Both the position numbers and the translations under genes were made by a program. Shown in pieces: positions 27,584-37,264 of a DNA stretch of 58,500 nucleotides (position 1 is its first letter; each line of letters opens with the position of its first letter). Below the pieces are notes generated by a model, which saw nothing but the letters and a program-made list of their open reading frames with translations, was not told the DNA's origin and did no database searches. The stretch lies in assembly GCA_028710275.1 (NCBI GenBank), contig JAQTUL010000008.1:1-58500 (forward strand). The letters run 5' to 3'. This stretch comes from Candidatus Colwellbacteria bacterium. Its GTDB lineage: Bacteria > Patescibacteriota > Minisyncoccia > UBA6257 > Colwellbacteraceae.

Positions 27584-29374
27584 ATGAATCAAGAAAAAAA
27601 ACCAGAGAGAAGGCCCCGCTCTGCCCAAAGAGGCGGAGAAAAACGCCCCCTCCATACCGCCAATCGGATAGTGCGTCCAACGAGACACAAGGAAGTCGCC
27701 CCTGAAGATGGAGAACCCATCCTTCATTTTGCAGCCCTCGGCGGCCTTGAGGAGATAGGAAGAAATATGTCCTTCTTCGAATATGAAAATGAGATAGTAG
27801 TCATTGATGCCGGAATACAATTTCCAGAAGAGGAGACTCCGGGCATAGATTACATTATCCCTAATGTCTCCTATCTTGAACCTAAAAAGGGCAACATTAA
27901 GGCCCTTATAATAACCCACGGTCACTTCGACCACGTCGGAGCTATCCCCTACATCATAGGAAAGCTTGGTAACCCCCCGATATACACAACCGCCCTTGCT
28001 AGAGAGATGATTGTGAAGCGTCAGAGCGAATTTGTTAACGCTCCAAAGCTTGATGTCCGCGTCATAAAGGATGGGGACAAAGTCAGACTCTCAGAAAACT
28101 TCGAAGCTGAATTCTTCGGCGTCTCTCATAGTATTCCCGATACGACTGGCTTCATCCTTAAGACCCCCGTCGGTAATATGGCTAGCTTTGCCGACTTCAA
28201 GGTAGAGGCAGATTCGGATGGAAAACCGATAAACATCGAAGAACTAAAGAAGATAGCAGATAAGAATATTCACACTCTCTTTATTGACAGCACTAACGCA
28301 GAAACGGCCGGCTGGTCTCTCTCCGAAAGAGTTGTTGAAAAAAACCTGGAGGATCTCTTTGCAAAGATAGAAGGTCGCATTATTGTAGGCATTTTCTCAA
28401 GCCTTTTATCAAGAATAGCCGAAATAATAAAGATAGCTGAAAAACAGAACCGTAAGGTCGCTTTTTCCGGACGCTCCATAAAGGAAAATGCCGAGATAGC
28501 CAGACGCCTAGGTTATATCAAAATAAAGAGCGGCACGATTATCTCTCCTGAAGAGGTGTCGAAGTATGATGATAATAAGGTCCTTATTCTTTCGACCGGC
28601 GCTCAAGGAGAATCTAACGCTTCTCTCATGAAGATAGTAACCGGAGAACACAAATCTCTCCGTATCAAGCCCGGCGATTCCATTGTCTTCTCCTCATCAG
28701 TCATCCCCGGCAATGAAAGAAGCGTCCAATCCCTTAAAGACAATCTCGTCCGTCAGGGAGCCATGGTCTATCACACTAAGGTTATAGACATCCACTCTTC
28801 AGGACACGCCTCTCAGGAAGAGATAAAAGCGATACTCTCAATCGTTAAACCGAAGTTCTTTATTCCCGTCCATGGATATCTCTTTATGAGGACGGTTAAC
28901 GCTAGGAACGGCGTAGAGTCAGGTATTAAAAAGGAAAATATCTTTCTTCCAGATAACGGTCAAATCGTCGCCATAAAAAAAGATGCGATGAAGATTACCG
29001 ACGTGGAGATACCCTCAAACTACATAATGGTCGATGGCCTCGGTGTCGGTGATGTTGGGGAAGTTGTTCTTCGCGACCGGAGATTACTTGCCCAAGAAGG
29101 AATGATCGTCATAATAGCGACTATTTCCAGAAAGGACGGTAAGCTCGTCAAAAACCCAGATATCATCTCGAGAGGGTTCATCTATCTTAAAGAAAATCAG
29201 AAGATATTAGAGGATATCCGCACCAAGATAAAAGGTATAGTCACGAGACTTCCTCACGATCGATCGGTAGACGCCGATTATCTGAAAACCCTTTTCCGGG
29301 ATCAGGTCGGCCAGTTCGTTTATAGCAAAACATACCGTCGCCCGATGGTCCTGCCAGTCATCATAGAAGTCTAA
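27584..29374 (+). CDS. rnj: Ribonuclease J
   Basis: Metallo-beta-lactamase motif ITHGHFDHVG, a beta-CASP region, the HSSGHASQEE motif and a basic N-terminal extension. Confidence 0.9.
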   Translation: MNQEKKPERRPRSAQRGGEKRPLHTANRIVRPTRHKEVAPEDGEPILHFAALGGLEEIGRNMSFFEYENEIVVIDAGIQFPEEETPGIDYIIPNVSYLEPKKGNIKALIITHGHFDHVGAIPYIIGKLGNPPIYTTALAREMIVKRQSEFVNAPKLDVRVIKDGDKVRLSENFEAEFFGVSHSIPDTTGFILKTPVGNMASFADFKVEADSDGKPINIEELKKIADKNIHTLFIDSTNAETAGWSLSERVVEKNLEDLFAKIEGRIIVGIFSSLLSRIAEIIKIAEKQNRKVAFSGRSIKENAEIARRLGYIKIKSGTIISPEEVSKYDDNKVLILSTGAQGESNASLMKIVTGEHKSLRIKPGDSIVFSSSVIPGNERSVQSLKDNLVRQGAMVYHTKVIDIHSSGHASQEEIKAILSIVKPKFFIPVHGYLFMRTVNARNGVESGIKKENIFLPDNGQIVAIKKDAMKITDVEIPSNYIMVDGLGVGDVGEVVLRDRRLLAQEGMIVIIATISRKDGKLVKNPDIISRGFIYLKENQKILEDIRTKIKGIVTRLPHDRSVDADYLKTLFRDQVGQFVYSKTYRRPMVLPVIIEV

Positions 29375-29375
29375 A

Positions 29376-29413
29376 AGAAGAAACGCCCCGCAAGCCTGCG
29401 GGGCGTTTCTTCT
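29376..29413 (+). terminator. Intrinsic terminator after rnj
   Basis: AGAAGAAACGCCCCGCA-AGCC-TGCGGGGCGTTTCTTCT followed by TT. Confidence 0.6.
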
Positions 29414-29481
29414 TTCCGTCACCGACTCCCCGATATCTCAGTTCTTTGCCTGTCCTCTTTTTCCTCGCTATTATTAGTTCC

Positions 29482-30462
29482 ATGAAACCGATAATTGTAA
29501 GCGGCATAAAGCCTAGCGGTAAATTGCACCTGGGTAATTATCTAGGTATGGTGAAAAAATCTATAGAGCTTCAATCGTCCGGGAAATATGATTGTCACTA
29601 CTTCATAGCCGATTATCACGCCCTTACCCAGAAATATAAGCCCGAAGAGAAAGCTGCCGATATATTCGAACTCGCGGTCGATCTCCTCGCTCTGGGAATA
29701 GATCCGGAGAGGTCTGTATTTTTTATGCAGTCCGATATCTTAGAACACGCCAACCTCGCTTGGCTCTTTGATTGCATCACTACCGCCGGACAACTCCAGG
29801 GAATGATCGAATTCAAAGAAAAGGTTCAGGAAGGCCAACCCGCAAGTGTCGGCCTCTTAAACTATCCCGTACTGATGGCTGCGGACATTTTGGCCTATAA
29901 AGCCGCTTTCGTCCCAGTAGGAGAAGACCAAAGACAACACTTAGAACTTACCCGCGATGTCGCAAGAACCTTTAATAAGAGGTTCGGAGAAACGTTCCTT
30001 GAGCCTAAAGGTATATTCGTCGAAGGATTAAGGATAAAAAGCCTCGATATTCCGGAGAAGAAGATGTCAAAGTCTCTCCCTAAAGGATGCCTCTATCTAA
30101 CCGACTCAGCCGAAGCAATGAAAAAGAAGGTTCGTTCTGCCGTCACCGACTCCGGAACCGAGGTTGTCTATGATCCAGTAAATAAGCCTGCTCTGGCAAA
30201 CCTTATTCTCATCTATTCCGAGATGACCGGCAGAACCGCAAATGATATTGTGGCTGAGCATAAGGATTCTGGATATGCCAAATTCAAAGATGCGATGGCC
30301 GTAGCCGTTTCATCTTCACTTATCGAGTTTAGGGAGAAAAGGGCCGATATCGCCGCTCACCCAAAGAAGGTGCGCGATGTAGTGAATATTGGCGCCGAGA
30401 AAGCAAGGATTATAGCGGCGAAGACCCTTAAAGAAGTAAAGGAAAAAATGGGATTAATATAA
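29482..30462 (+). CDS. trpS: Tryptophanyl-tRNA synthetase
   Basis: SGIKPSGKLHLGNYLG (HIGH-type motif), KMSKS and GEDQRQHLELTRD. ATG 29482 gives the canonical start. The ORF track starts at 29446. Confidence 0.9.
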   Translation: MKPIIVSGIKPSGKLHLGNYLGMVKKSIELQSSGKYDCHYFIADYHALTQKYKPEEKAADIFELAVDLLALGIDPERSVFFMQSDILEHANLAWLFDCITTAGQLQGMIEFKEKVQEGQPASVGLLNYPVLMAADILAYKAAFVPVGEDQRQHLELTRDVARTFNKRFGETFLEPKGIFVEGLRIKSLDIPEKKMSKSLPKGCLYLTDSAEAMKKKVRSAVTDSGTEVVYDPVNKPALANLILIYSEMTGRTANDIVAEHKDSGYAKFKDAMAVAVSSSLIEFREKRADIAAHPKKVRDVVNIGAEKARIIAAKTLKEVKEKMGLI

Positions 30463-30474
30463 TCTTTCTAATTA

Positions 30475-30510
30475 AAAACCCGCTTCCATAATTTTATGAA
30501 GCGGGTTTTT
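30475..30510. terminator. Bidirectional terminator between trpS and ileS
   Basis: AAAAACCCGCTTC...GAAGCGGGTTTTT. Confidence 0.6.
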
Positions 30511-30535
30511 AATTAATGATTATTTTCCGGTCTGC

Positions 30536-33500
30536 TCACGCTTTTCTTACTCCGAGTCGGATATCCCTACCGTCTATTTTTGTCTCAAGACTTGCGCGGT
30601 CATCATCCGACACTCTCTCCTCTATCTTCTGAAGAGATAATATAGACATCGCCTCTTTCTCAAATGACATAATCGAGCGGATGATTCCTTCATCTCCAGA
30701 AATAGAAAGTATCGCCTGTTCTCCGGGATTAAGTCCGGCCTTCTGTCTGAGGTCTTGTACAGAACGGACCGCTTCTCTGAACAAGCCTTCTGCCTTTAGT
30801 TCTGTTGTTATCTCATTATCTATCCACCCGCCTAATGGAACAGCCTCATCATAGATTACCTTCTTCACGTTCACTTCATCGGCTAAAAGACCCAAAAGCT
30901 CCTTCTTCCCCTTTAGGGATTTAACGGAGAACTTGTAGGTCATAAGAGGCTGCTTCACCTTAATGCCTGTTTCCGACCTCCTCGCCAACGCCTCAGTCGT
31001 CAAAACCCTAAGTTCTGCCATATCCCTTATAAGTGTCTTGTCCTTTTGAGAAAGATTCATTGCTTTAGGCCAATCTTCTAAATGAACTGACTTCTTACCG
31101 CTCTTTCCCGTAAGAGAAAGATATACAGCCTCAGAGATGAACGGCGAAAAGGGCGCAAGCAGCTTCGAAACGGTGATAAGTACGTCATACATCGTCTTCC
31201 CGGCAGCATAAGAATCATCTCGGTCATCCGGTCTCTGTAGTCTAGTTCTTGACCGCCTTATATACCAATTAGAAAAATCATCCAGGAAATTGATTATCGG
31301 CCTCGTGGCATCAGTAAGCTCATAGAGCTCCATCTCCTTAGTTATGGCAATAATCGTCTCGTCTAGCCTCGCTTTTATCCACCTGTCGGCTATCGATTCC
31401 TTCTTTACCGGGGCAGCGAATTTCTTTTCAAGATCCCCGTTGGCGTACATCCGGAGAAAATTGTATGAGTTAAGAAATCTGTCGACAATCTTATTCTTTG
31501 TCTCAAGTACCCCTTTGTCGGCGAATCTATAATCCTCTCCTATCGAAGTAGATGACAGAAGGAAAAATCTAACAGCATCGGCGCCGTATTTATCGAATAC
31601 TATCTCAGGCTCTGTATAATTTCTGAGCTTCTTAGAAAGTTTTCTTCCAAACTCATCAAGGACTAGACCGTTCACAATCACATTCTTAAACGCGGGCTTA
31701 GTCTTTCCGAGTCCAATATCTTTTTTAGTCAGAGCCGAAGCAAGAACATGTAAGGTATAGAACCACCCCCTCGTCTGATCGAGACCTTCGGCTATGAAAT
31801 CGGCCGGGAACATTTCTTCCACTTTTTTCTTATTCTCGAACGGATAATGCCAAGAGGCATAAGGCATCGATCCTGATTCGAACCAGCAGTCGAAGACCTG
31901 ATTTATTCTCTTTGCCTTTCCGTTGCACTTTGGGCACTTCACTTCAGTCTCGTCTATGTAGGGACGATGAAGGTCAAGTTCTCCCGTTCTTGAGAATGGC
32001 AGCTTCGAGAACTTTATTTTCCTCCACTCTCCGGGCTGTATCAAATTTTTTCTCGAATCGTCTATCTGCTTTTCGTTATATCCCTTTATCGCCCCTTCCA
32101 TAACCCAAAGCGGATCACCATGGCTTATGATAAGGATATTCTTATCTTTGACCGATGAATCTATGTCCGTCATAAAAGAGATCATCCTAGCCCTTACCGA
32201 ACGCAGGTTCTCTCCTCCTTCTGGGGTCTTCTCAAACTTGTTGATATGCGGACCCATATATTCCTCGAATTGTTCTACGGGCTTTCCGTTCCACTCCCCG
32301 ACAGAATATTCTGCAAGCCTTTCATCGACGATTATCTCTACCTTCAGTTTATCCGCTAATATTTGGGCGGTCTCCATCGTTCTTCTGAGAGGCGAGGTGT
32401 ATATGACGTCTATTTTCGATTGTTTAAGCTCTTTTGCCGCCTTTTCAGCCTCTCTTATTCCCTTCTTTGTTATATTTATTTCCGTTTTCTCTGGTAATGA
32501 CGAAAAGATATTAAGAACATTTGAATCGGATTCCCCATGACGCATTATGAAATATTTATTTCCCGAAGAAGCGGAAAGTCGGTTAAGCTCCTTTAACGAG
32601 CCGACAGCCGTCATCTCACCGCAATCATCACATTTCCATACTGGTATTGGAGCTCCCCAGAATCGGTTTCTTGATATAGCCCAATCCCTTACATCGGCCA
32701 ACCATTTTCCAAATCTGCCATTTTTCAGATGCGAAGGAACCCAATGAGTCTTGGTGTTGTTCTTAAGCAGGTCTTCTTTTATCTTCGTAACGGATACATA
32801 CCAGCCCTCTATTGGATAATAGAGAAGCGGCGTATCACATCTCCAACAGAAGGGATATGAATGTCTTATGGTTCCCTCCTTAAAAAGGATTCCTTTCAGC
32901 TTTAGGTGTTCTATTATCTCCTTATCCGCCTTCTTAACAAACATCCCAGCCCAAGGAGTGACTTCGGGCTTAAATTTCCCTTCCTCGTTAACAGTGAGTA
33001 TCATCGGAAGACCGTTTTTCTTACCGGTCTCCATATCATCAACTCCAAAGGCCGGAGCTGTATGGACTATACCGCTGCCATCCTCGGCCAAAACATAGTC
33101 GGCAGTGACGACAAAATGAGCCTTTTCATCCGTCTCTGCGAAATCGAATATCGGTCTATATTTCTTGCCTTTTAAATCTTTTCCTTTGTACTCGGCGACG
33201 ATATCGTGACGGACACCTTCCATCACCGAAGAAACTCTATCTTTGGCCATGATAAGAAACTCTTTTCCGTTCGCTCCGTCATAGGCAACCTTAGCGTACT
33301 TAATGTCGGGACCAACAGCGAGTGCGGCGTTCGCGGTCAGCGTCCAAGGAGTAGTCGTCCAGGCAAGGAAATAGGTAGGAATATTATCATCTGGCTCGGC
33401 TGCCTCGAATTTGACGTATATCGCCGGATCATCGGTATCTTTATAACCCTGATTAACCTCGAAATTAGCCAACGGAGTTCCGCACCTCGGACAGTATGGA

Positions 33501-34033
33501 GCGACCCTGTAATCGGAATAAACTAATCCTTGATCCCACAATTGCTTGAATACCCACCAGACGGACTCCATATAATCGTTATCGAGCGTTGCATATGAAT
33601 TTTCATAATCAGCCCAACGACCCACTCTCTGTAAGGTTTTCTGAAAATCACCAACAGACCTAAAAACGGCCGCGCGGCAGGCATTGTTGAAATTTTCCAT
33701 TCCCATCTCAAGAACAGCCTTTTTATCCCTAAGTCCTAGCTCCTTCTCTATAAGATTCTCTACTGGAAGCCCATGGCAATCCCAACCCACCCGTCGTTCC
33801 ACCTTAAAGCCCCGCATCGTCCAGAAGCGGGTTACTGAGTCCTTTATCGTGGTCGCGAGGATATGGCCATAATGAGGCAGTCCGGTCGCGAACGGAGGAC
33901 CGTCATAGAAGGAGAACGTCCTACTCTTCTTTCTCTGGGCAATAGTCTTCTCAAATATCTGGTTCTCGGCCCAGAATTTCAAAACATCCTCTTCTATCTT
34001 GGAAAGATCCGTTTTTTCACCTGGCTTAAGCAT
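30536..34033 (-). CDS. ileS: Isoleucyl-tRNA synthetase (type 2) with an inserted histidine-phosphatase domain
   Basis: HYGH, the CP1 editing domain WTTTPWTL, KLSKK (KMSKS variant) and an anticodon-binding domain. Residues about 488-684 contain RHGESD...SHGD, the phosphoglycerate-mutase-like family signature. Confidence 0.92.
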   Translation of the reverse strand: MLKPGEKTDLSKIEEDVLKFWAENQIFEKTIAQRKKSRTFSFYDGPPFATGLPHYGHILATTIKDSVTRFWTMRGFKVERRVGWDCHGLPVENLIEKELGLRDKKAVLEMGMENFNNACRAAVFRSVGDFQKTLQRVGRWADYENSYATLDNDYMESVWWVFKQLWDQGLVYSDYRVAPYCPRCGTPLANFEVNQGYKDTDDPAIYVKFEAAEPDDNIPTYFLAWTTTPWTLTANAALAVGPDIKYAKVAYDGANGKEFLIMAKDRVSSVMEGVRHDIVAEYKGKDLKGKKYRPIFDFAETDEKAHFVVTADYVLAEDGSGIVHTAPAFGVDDMETGKKNGLPMILTVNEEGKFKPEVTPWAGMFVKKADKEIIEHLKLKGILFKEGTIRHSYPFCWRCDTPLLYYPIEGWYVSVTKIKEDLLKNNTKTHWVPSHLKNGRFGKWLADVRDWAISRNRFWGAPIPVWKCDDCGEMTAVGSLKELNRLSASSGNKYFIMRHGESDSNVLNIFSSLPEKTEINITKKGIREAEKAAKELKQSKIDVIYTSPLRRTMETAQILADKLKVEIIVDERLAEYSVGEWNGKPVEQFEEYMGPHINKFEKTPEGGENLRSVRARMISFMTDIDSSVKDKNILIISHGDPLWVMEGAIKGYNEKQIDDSRKNLIQPGEWRKIKFSKLPFSRTGELDLHRPYIDETEVKCPKCNGKAKRINQVFDCWFESGSMPYASWHYPFENKKKVEEMFPADFIAEGLDQTRGWFYTLHVLASALTKKDIGLGKTKPAFKNVIVNGLVLDEFGRKLSKKLRNYTEPEIVFDKYGADAVRFFLLSSTSIGEDYRFADKGVLETKNKIVDRFLNSYNFLRMYANGDLEKKFAAPVKKESIADRWIKARLDETIIAITKEMELYELTDATRPIINFLDDFSNWYIRRSRTRLQRPDDRDDSYAAGKTMYDVLITVSKLLAPFSPFISEAVYLSLTGKSGKKSVHLEDWPKAMNLSQKDKTLIRDMAELRVLTTEALARRSETGIKVKQPLMTYKFSVKSLKGKKELLGLLADEVNVKKVIYDEAVPLGGWIDNEITTELKAEGLFREAVRSVQDLRQKAGLNPGEQAILSISGDEGIIRSIMSFEKEAMSILSLQKIEERVSDDDRASLETKIDGRDIRLGVRKA

Positions 34034-34090
34034 TGGTACTTATCCCGCATTAAACCACAAAAAAAAGCTCTTTGAAACTCTTTTTCTAAT

Positions 34091-35302
34091 TTACGAGAGG
34101 GCTCTTTTAAGCCTTTTTACCCCTTCCCTCGCCTCAGCAATAGTGTTCTCCGGGCCGAAACTTATTCTTATACTCTCCTTTATCCGTTTTTCGGCCAACC
34201 CCATAGCTGAAAGAACATGGCTTGGCTTAAAACTTTTTGCTCCGCAGGCTGATCCGTATGATATCGCCACTCCTGCCATATCCGCCTTCATAAGGATATC
34301 AGCAGAATAATTCCCCGGAATCCATATATTGAGAATATGAGGAGATAATCTCTTCTCGCCCCCCTTTCCTATCGGGCCGTTCAGTAAGGCTCTCGGAAAC
34401 GCTTTTTTAAAACCATCCCAAAATATTTCTTTTACCTCTTTTACTTTTCTGAAATTCTTTTCCCTTCCTTTTTCCGCGATAGAAAGGGCTAGGCCGAAAC
34501 CGACAATCGCTTCGGTATTCTCCGTTCCAGCTCTCATTCCATACTCCTGGCCGCCCCCGGTCACGATAGGATATATCGTCTTTCTGATATCGTATTTACC
34601 TATATTACGGGCAACAAGAGCACCAATCCCTTTCGGACCGCCTATCTTATGCGCAGACAAAGTCAGCATGTCGGCCTGAAGCGTATCTAGTGAGGTTGGA
34701 AAATATCTCAGATATTGAACGGCATCTGTATGGAATATCGGGTAAGGAAACTCCCTATTCATATCTGCATTCCTCTTCTCCCTTATTTCCCTTACGGCAT
34801 TGCCTATCCTGGCAACCTCCTGTATCGCTCCAGTCTCATTATTGGCAGCCATTACTGAAACAAATATAGTCCTGTCGTCTATCTTAGATATCACATCTTC
34901 CGCGCAAACCAGACCATCACGTCCCGCTGGGACGACAATGACTTCCGCCCCTTCCTCGCTTAGGTCAGCGACCGTATGTATCAAGGAATCATGTTCTATG
35001 CCTGATATGATAATCCGCGGAGGAATCATCGCCTCCGATCTAAACGAGCGATAGAACGCCTTAAACGCTCCCCTTACAGCCATATTATTGGCTTCTGTCG
35101 CCGATCCGGTAAATATGACGGAACGAATGTCCGTTCCAATGACAGATGCCAATATCTCCCTTGATGTGTCCGCCGCCGCGGCAGCATCTCTGCCTAAAGA
35201 ATGGATAGAAGACATATTCCCCTGCGGGACATCAGCCATCGCCTTTCTTACCCGATTATCTACGGGCGTCGTCGATGCATGGTCAAAATAGAGTGTTCTC
35301 AT
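34091..35302 (-). CDS. Cysteine desulfurase (NifS/IscS class V aminotransferase)
   Basis: PLP-lysine motif LSAHKIGGPKG and active-site cysteine SYGSACGA. Confidence 0.85.
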   Translation of the reverse strand: MRTLYFDHASTTPVDNRVRKAMADVPQGNMSSIHSLGRDAAAAADTSREILASVIGTDIRSVIFTGSATEANNMAVRGAFKAFYRSFRSEAMIPPRIIISGIEHDSLIHTVADLSEEGAEVIVVPAGRDGLVCAEDVISKIDDRTIFVSVMAANNETGAIQEVARIGNAVREIREKRNADMNREFPYPIFHTDAVQYLRYFPTSLDTLQADMLTLSAHKIGGPKGIGALVARNIGKYDIRKTIYPIVTGGGQEYGMRAGTENTEAIVGFGLALSIAEKGREKNFRKVKEVKEIFWDGFKKAFPRALLNGPIGKGGEKRLSPHILNIWIPGNYSADILMKADMAGVAISYGSACGAKSFKPSHVLSAMGLAEKRIKESIRISFGPENTIAEAREGVKRLKRALS

Positions 35303-35867
35303 TTAAGGCTTCTCTTATTTTAGGACCAAGATCAAAGGATACCTTTACCGCCTCATCCGTTCCTCTTTGAGGAACCATGAGAAAACCCTGAGTTTTAACG
35401 AGATCATATAAATCCTTCGTCACTTTCACGTCATTGCGGCAATAATCCTCAAGCTCCTTTAGATTTCCTTCGTTCCAGAATTTGACCGCTTCCAGCCCAT
35501 TATGAGTCTTTCCTACTCCGAGATTCTGTACGGCTAGAAGATCAAGGCCTATCCTTCTTCCATATACAACCTCTATCTCTTCAAGGAGGTCTATTCTCTT
35601 TAGGGCTTTGGTATTGAAATCAAAATACTTATCAAGCACCGGCAAATCGAACCTATTTATACTGAAGCCAATAATGAGAGCGGCTTCTTGCATCATCTTT
35701 CCGAGCTCCGCCATATCCTTTTCCCAAAAGCTCATATATTCGTTCCTGTTATAGGAATAGAGACAGGTCAGGGACATATTAAGATCCTTTATATTATCCT
35801 GTCCTCCTACGTCAAAAAAAGTGTTTTTTGTCTCTATGTCTATTACAAGTATGTCCTTGGAGTTCAT
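35283..35867 (-). CDS. RNase H-fold 3'-5' exonuclease-like protein (PolB-exonuclease related)
   Basis: ILVIDIETKN (Exo I), GFSINRFDLPVL (Exo II) and YCRNDVKVTKDLY (Exo III). Confidence 0.7.
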   Translation of the reverse strand: MNSKDILVIDIETKNTFFDVGGQDNIKDLNMSLTCLYSYNRNEYMSFWEKDMAELGKMMQEAALIIGFSINRFDLPVLDKYFDFNTKALKRIDLLEEIEVVYGRRIGLDLLAVQNLGVGKTHNGLEAVKFWNEGNLKELEDYCRNDVKVTKDLYDLVKTQGFLMVPQRGTDEAVKVSFDLGPKIREALNENTLF

Positions 35868-35919
35868 CCTGGTTGTAACTTATATGTTCGGGTGAAGCGA
35901 TTAAACGCTTCGGATATCG

Positions 35920-36810
35920 CTATCTTTTGCCCTGAATGAGCGATTCTAACACTCGGAGCTCTTTTTGCAAAACATCTTCCGACCTGGCCTCGAGATTAAG
36001 CCTAATGACTGGATCATTAGACGAAGCTCTTATATTGAACCAAAAATCCTTAAACTCCATTGAGAGTCCGTCGAGTTCGGATATCTTTGGCTTCTTTCTT
36101 GAATAATTGCGTCGGATATCCGATATCACCTTATCCTTGTCGCCTACCGAAAAATTCGTCTCGGGTATCCGGTGCTGTTCTTGGCTGTCTATCCAAGCCG
36201 ATATGGAACCCATTGAAGATATGGCCGAAGCCATCGAAAGTGCCATTAGGATTGCGCCATCCATATAGGCGCCCTTTATTTTAAAATAATAATGGCCAGC
36301 CCTTTCGGCTCCGAAGTCTATCTTATTCGCGATCATCTCCTTCTTTATGAAGTAATGACCGACTTTTGATATCACGAGTCTAATCTTAGTTCTCTCCCTT
36401 ATCGCCCACCCCGTCCTGACGTCGGCCACCATCGCCGCGATTTTTTTCTTCTCCGCATAAAACTTAAAAATCATGTCCGGATCGATTTCTCTGCCTTTAT
36501 CGTCTACAAATATAGCCCTATCAGCATCGCCATCGAAAGCAACACCCATATCAGCGTTATTCTTTATCACTTCGTCACTAAGGGTTGCCATAGCCTCCGG
36601 TATCATAGGATTTGGACCATGGCCCGGAAAATCTCCATCCGGTTTTGCATTAAGATATATGGGCTTAATATTAAGAACACCTTTAAGAGTCGCTTTGATA
36701 ACATCTCCGGCGTAGCCATTAGAACAATCGAAGACTATCCTAACTGACCTTTTAAAAAGAGCTTTACTTCTCAGGAAGCTTGCGTATTCGTCTATATATT
36801 TACCCTTCAT
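35920..36810 (-). CDS. Phosphomannomutase/phosphoglucomutase, domains II-IV (downstream piece of a split gene)
   Basis: Metal-binding loop FDGDADR, RASSNDP (similar to the family's serine loop) and a C-terminal domain. The first 11 nt overlap the domain I ORF in another frame. Confidence 0.75.
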   Translation of the reverse strand: MKGKYIDEYASFLRSKALFKRSVRIVFDCSNGYAGDVIKATLKGVLNIKPIYLNAKPDGDFPGHGPNPMIPEAMATLSDEVIKNNADMGVAFDGDADRAIFVDDKGREIDPDMIFKFYAEKKKIAAMVADVRTGWAIRERTKIRLVISKVGHYFIKKEMIANKIDFGAERAGHYYFKIKGAYMDGAILMALSMASAISSMGSISAWIDSQEQHRIPETNFSVGDKDKVISDIRRNYSRKKPKISELDGLSMEFKDFWFNIRASSNDPVIRLNLEARSEDVLQKELRVLESLIQGKR

Positions 36811-37192
36811 TTTCCTCGATTATCTTTTTAGTATCGAAGCCGTTCAAGGGAACGGCTTTAGGACCGACTATTTTTAACCCATTCCATTCGGAGGGACTAT
36901 GGGATGCCGTTACCATCACTCCTCCAGCCGCCTTATTGGCTGCCACGGAAAAATAGAACATCGGACTCGTCGAAGGCCCGACCTTCATTATCTCTCTACC
37001 CCTTAAGGCTTCGATCACAGCCTTATAAAGCGCCGGTGAGCTGTTTCGGGCATCATGAGCGATAACTATCGGACCTTTTTTGAAGAATCTGACGTTCAAA
37101 GAAGACACGATGTGGCGGACGACATCTTCATCAATCTCCGCCGGATATTTACCTCTTATATCGTAGGCTCTGTATATCGAAGGATTGATCAC
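36800..37192 (-). CDS. Phosphomannomutase/phosphoglucomutase, domain I (upstream piece of a split gene)
   Basis: RAYDIRGKYP and the active-site loop VTASHSPSEWNGLK. Confidence 0.75.
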   Translation of the reverse strand: MINPSIYRAYDIRGKYPAEIDEDVVRHIVSSLNVRFFKKGPIVIAHDARNSSPALYKAVIEALRGREIMKVGPSTSPMFYFSVAANKAAGGVMVTASHSPSEWNGLKIVGPKAVPLNGFDTKKIIEENEG

Positions 37193-37264
37193 AGTACTGA
37201 TAATAGCAGAATATCGGATTTCTTTTGAGTTTTCGGCCGTCGGTACATATAATTGATATTGTCT

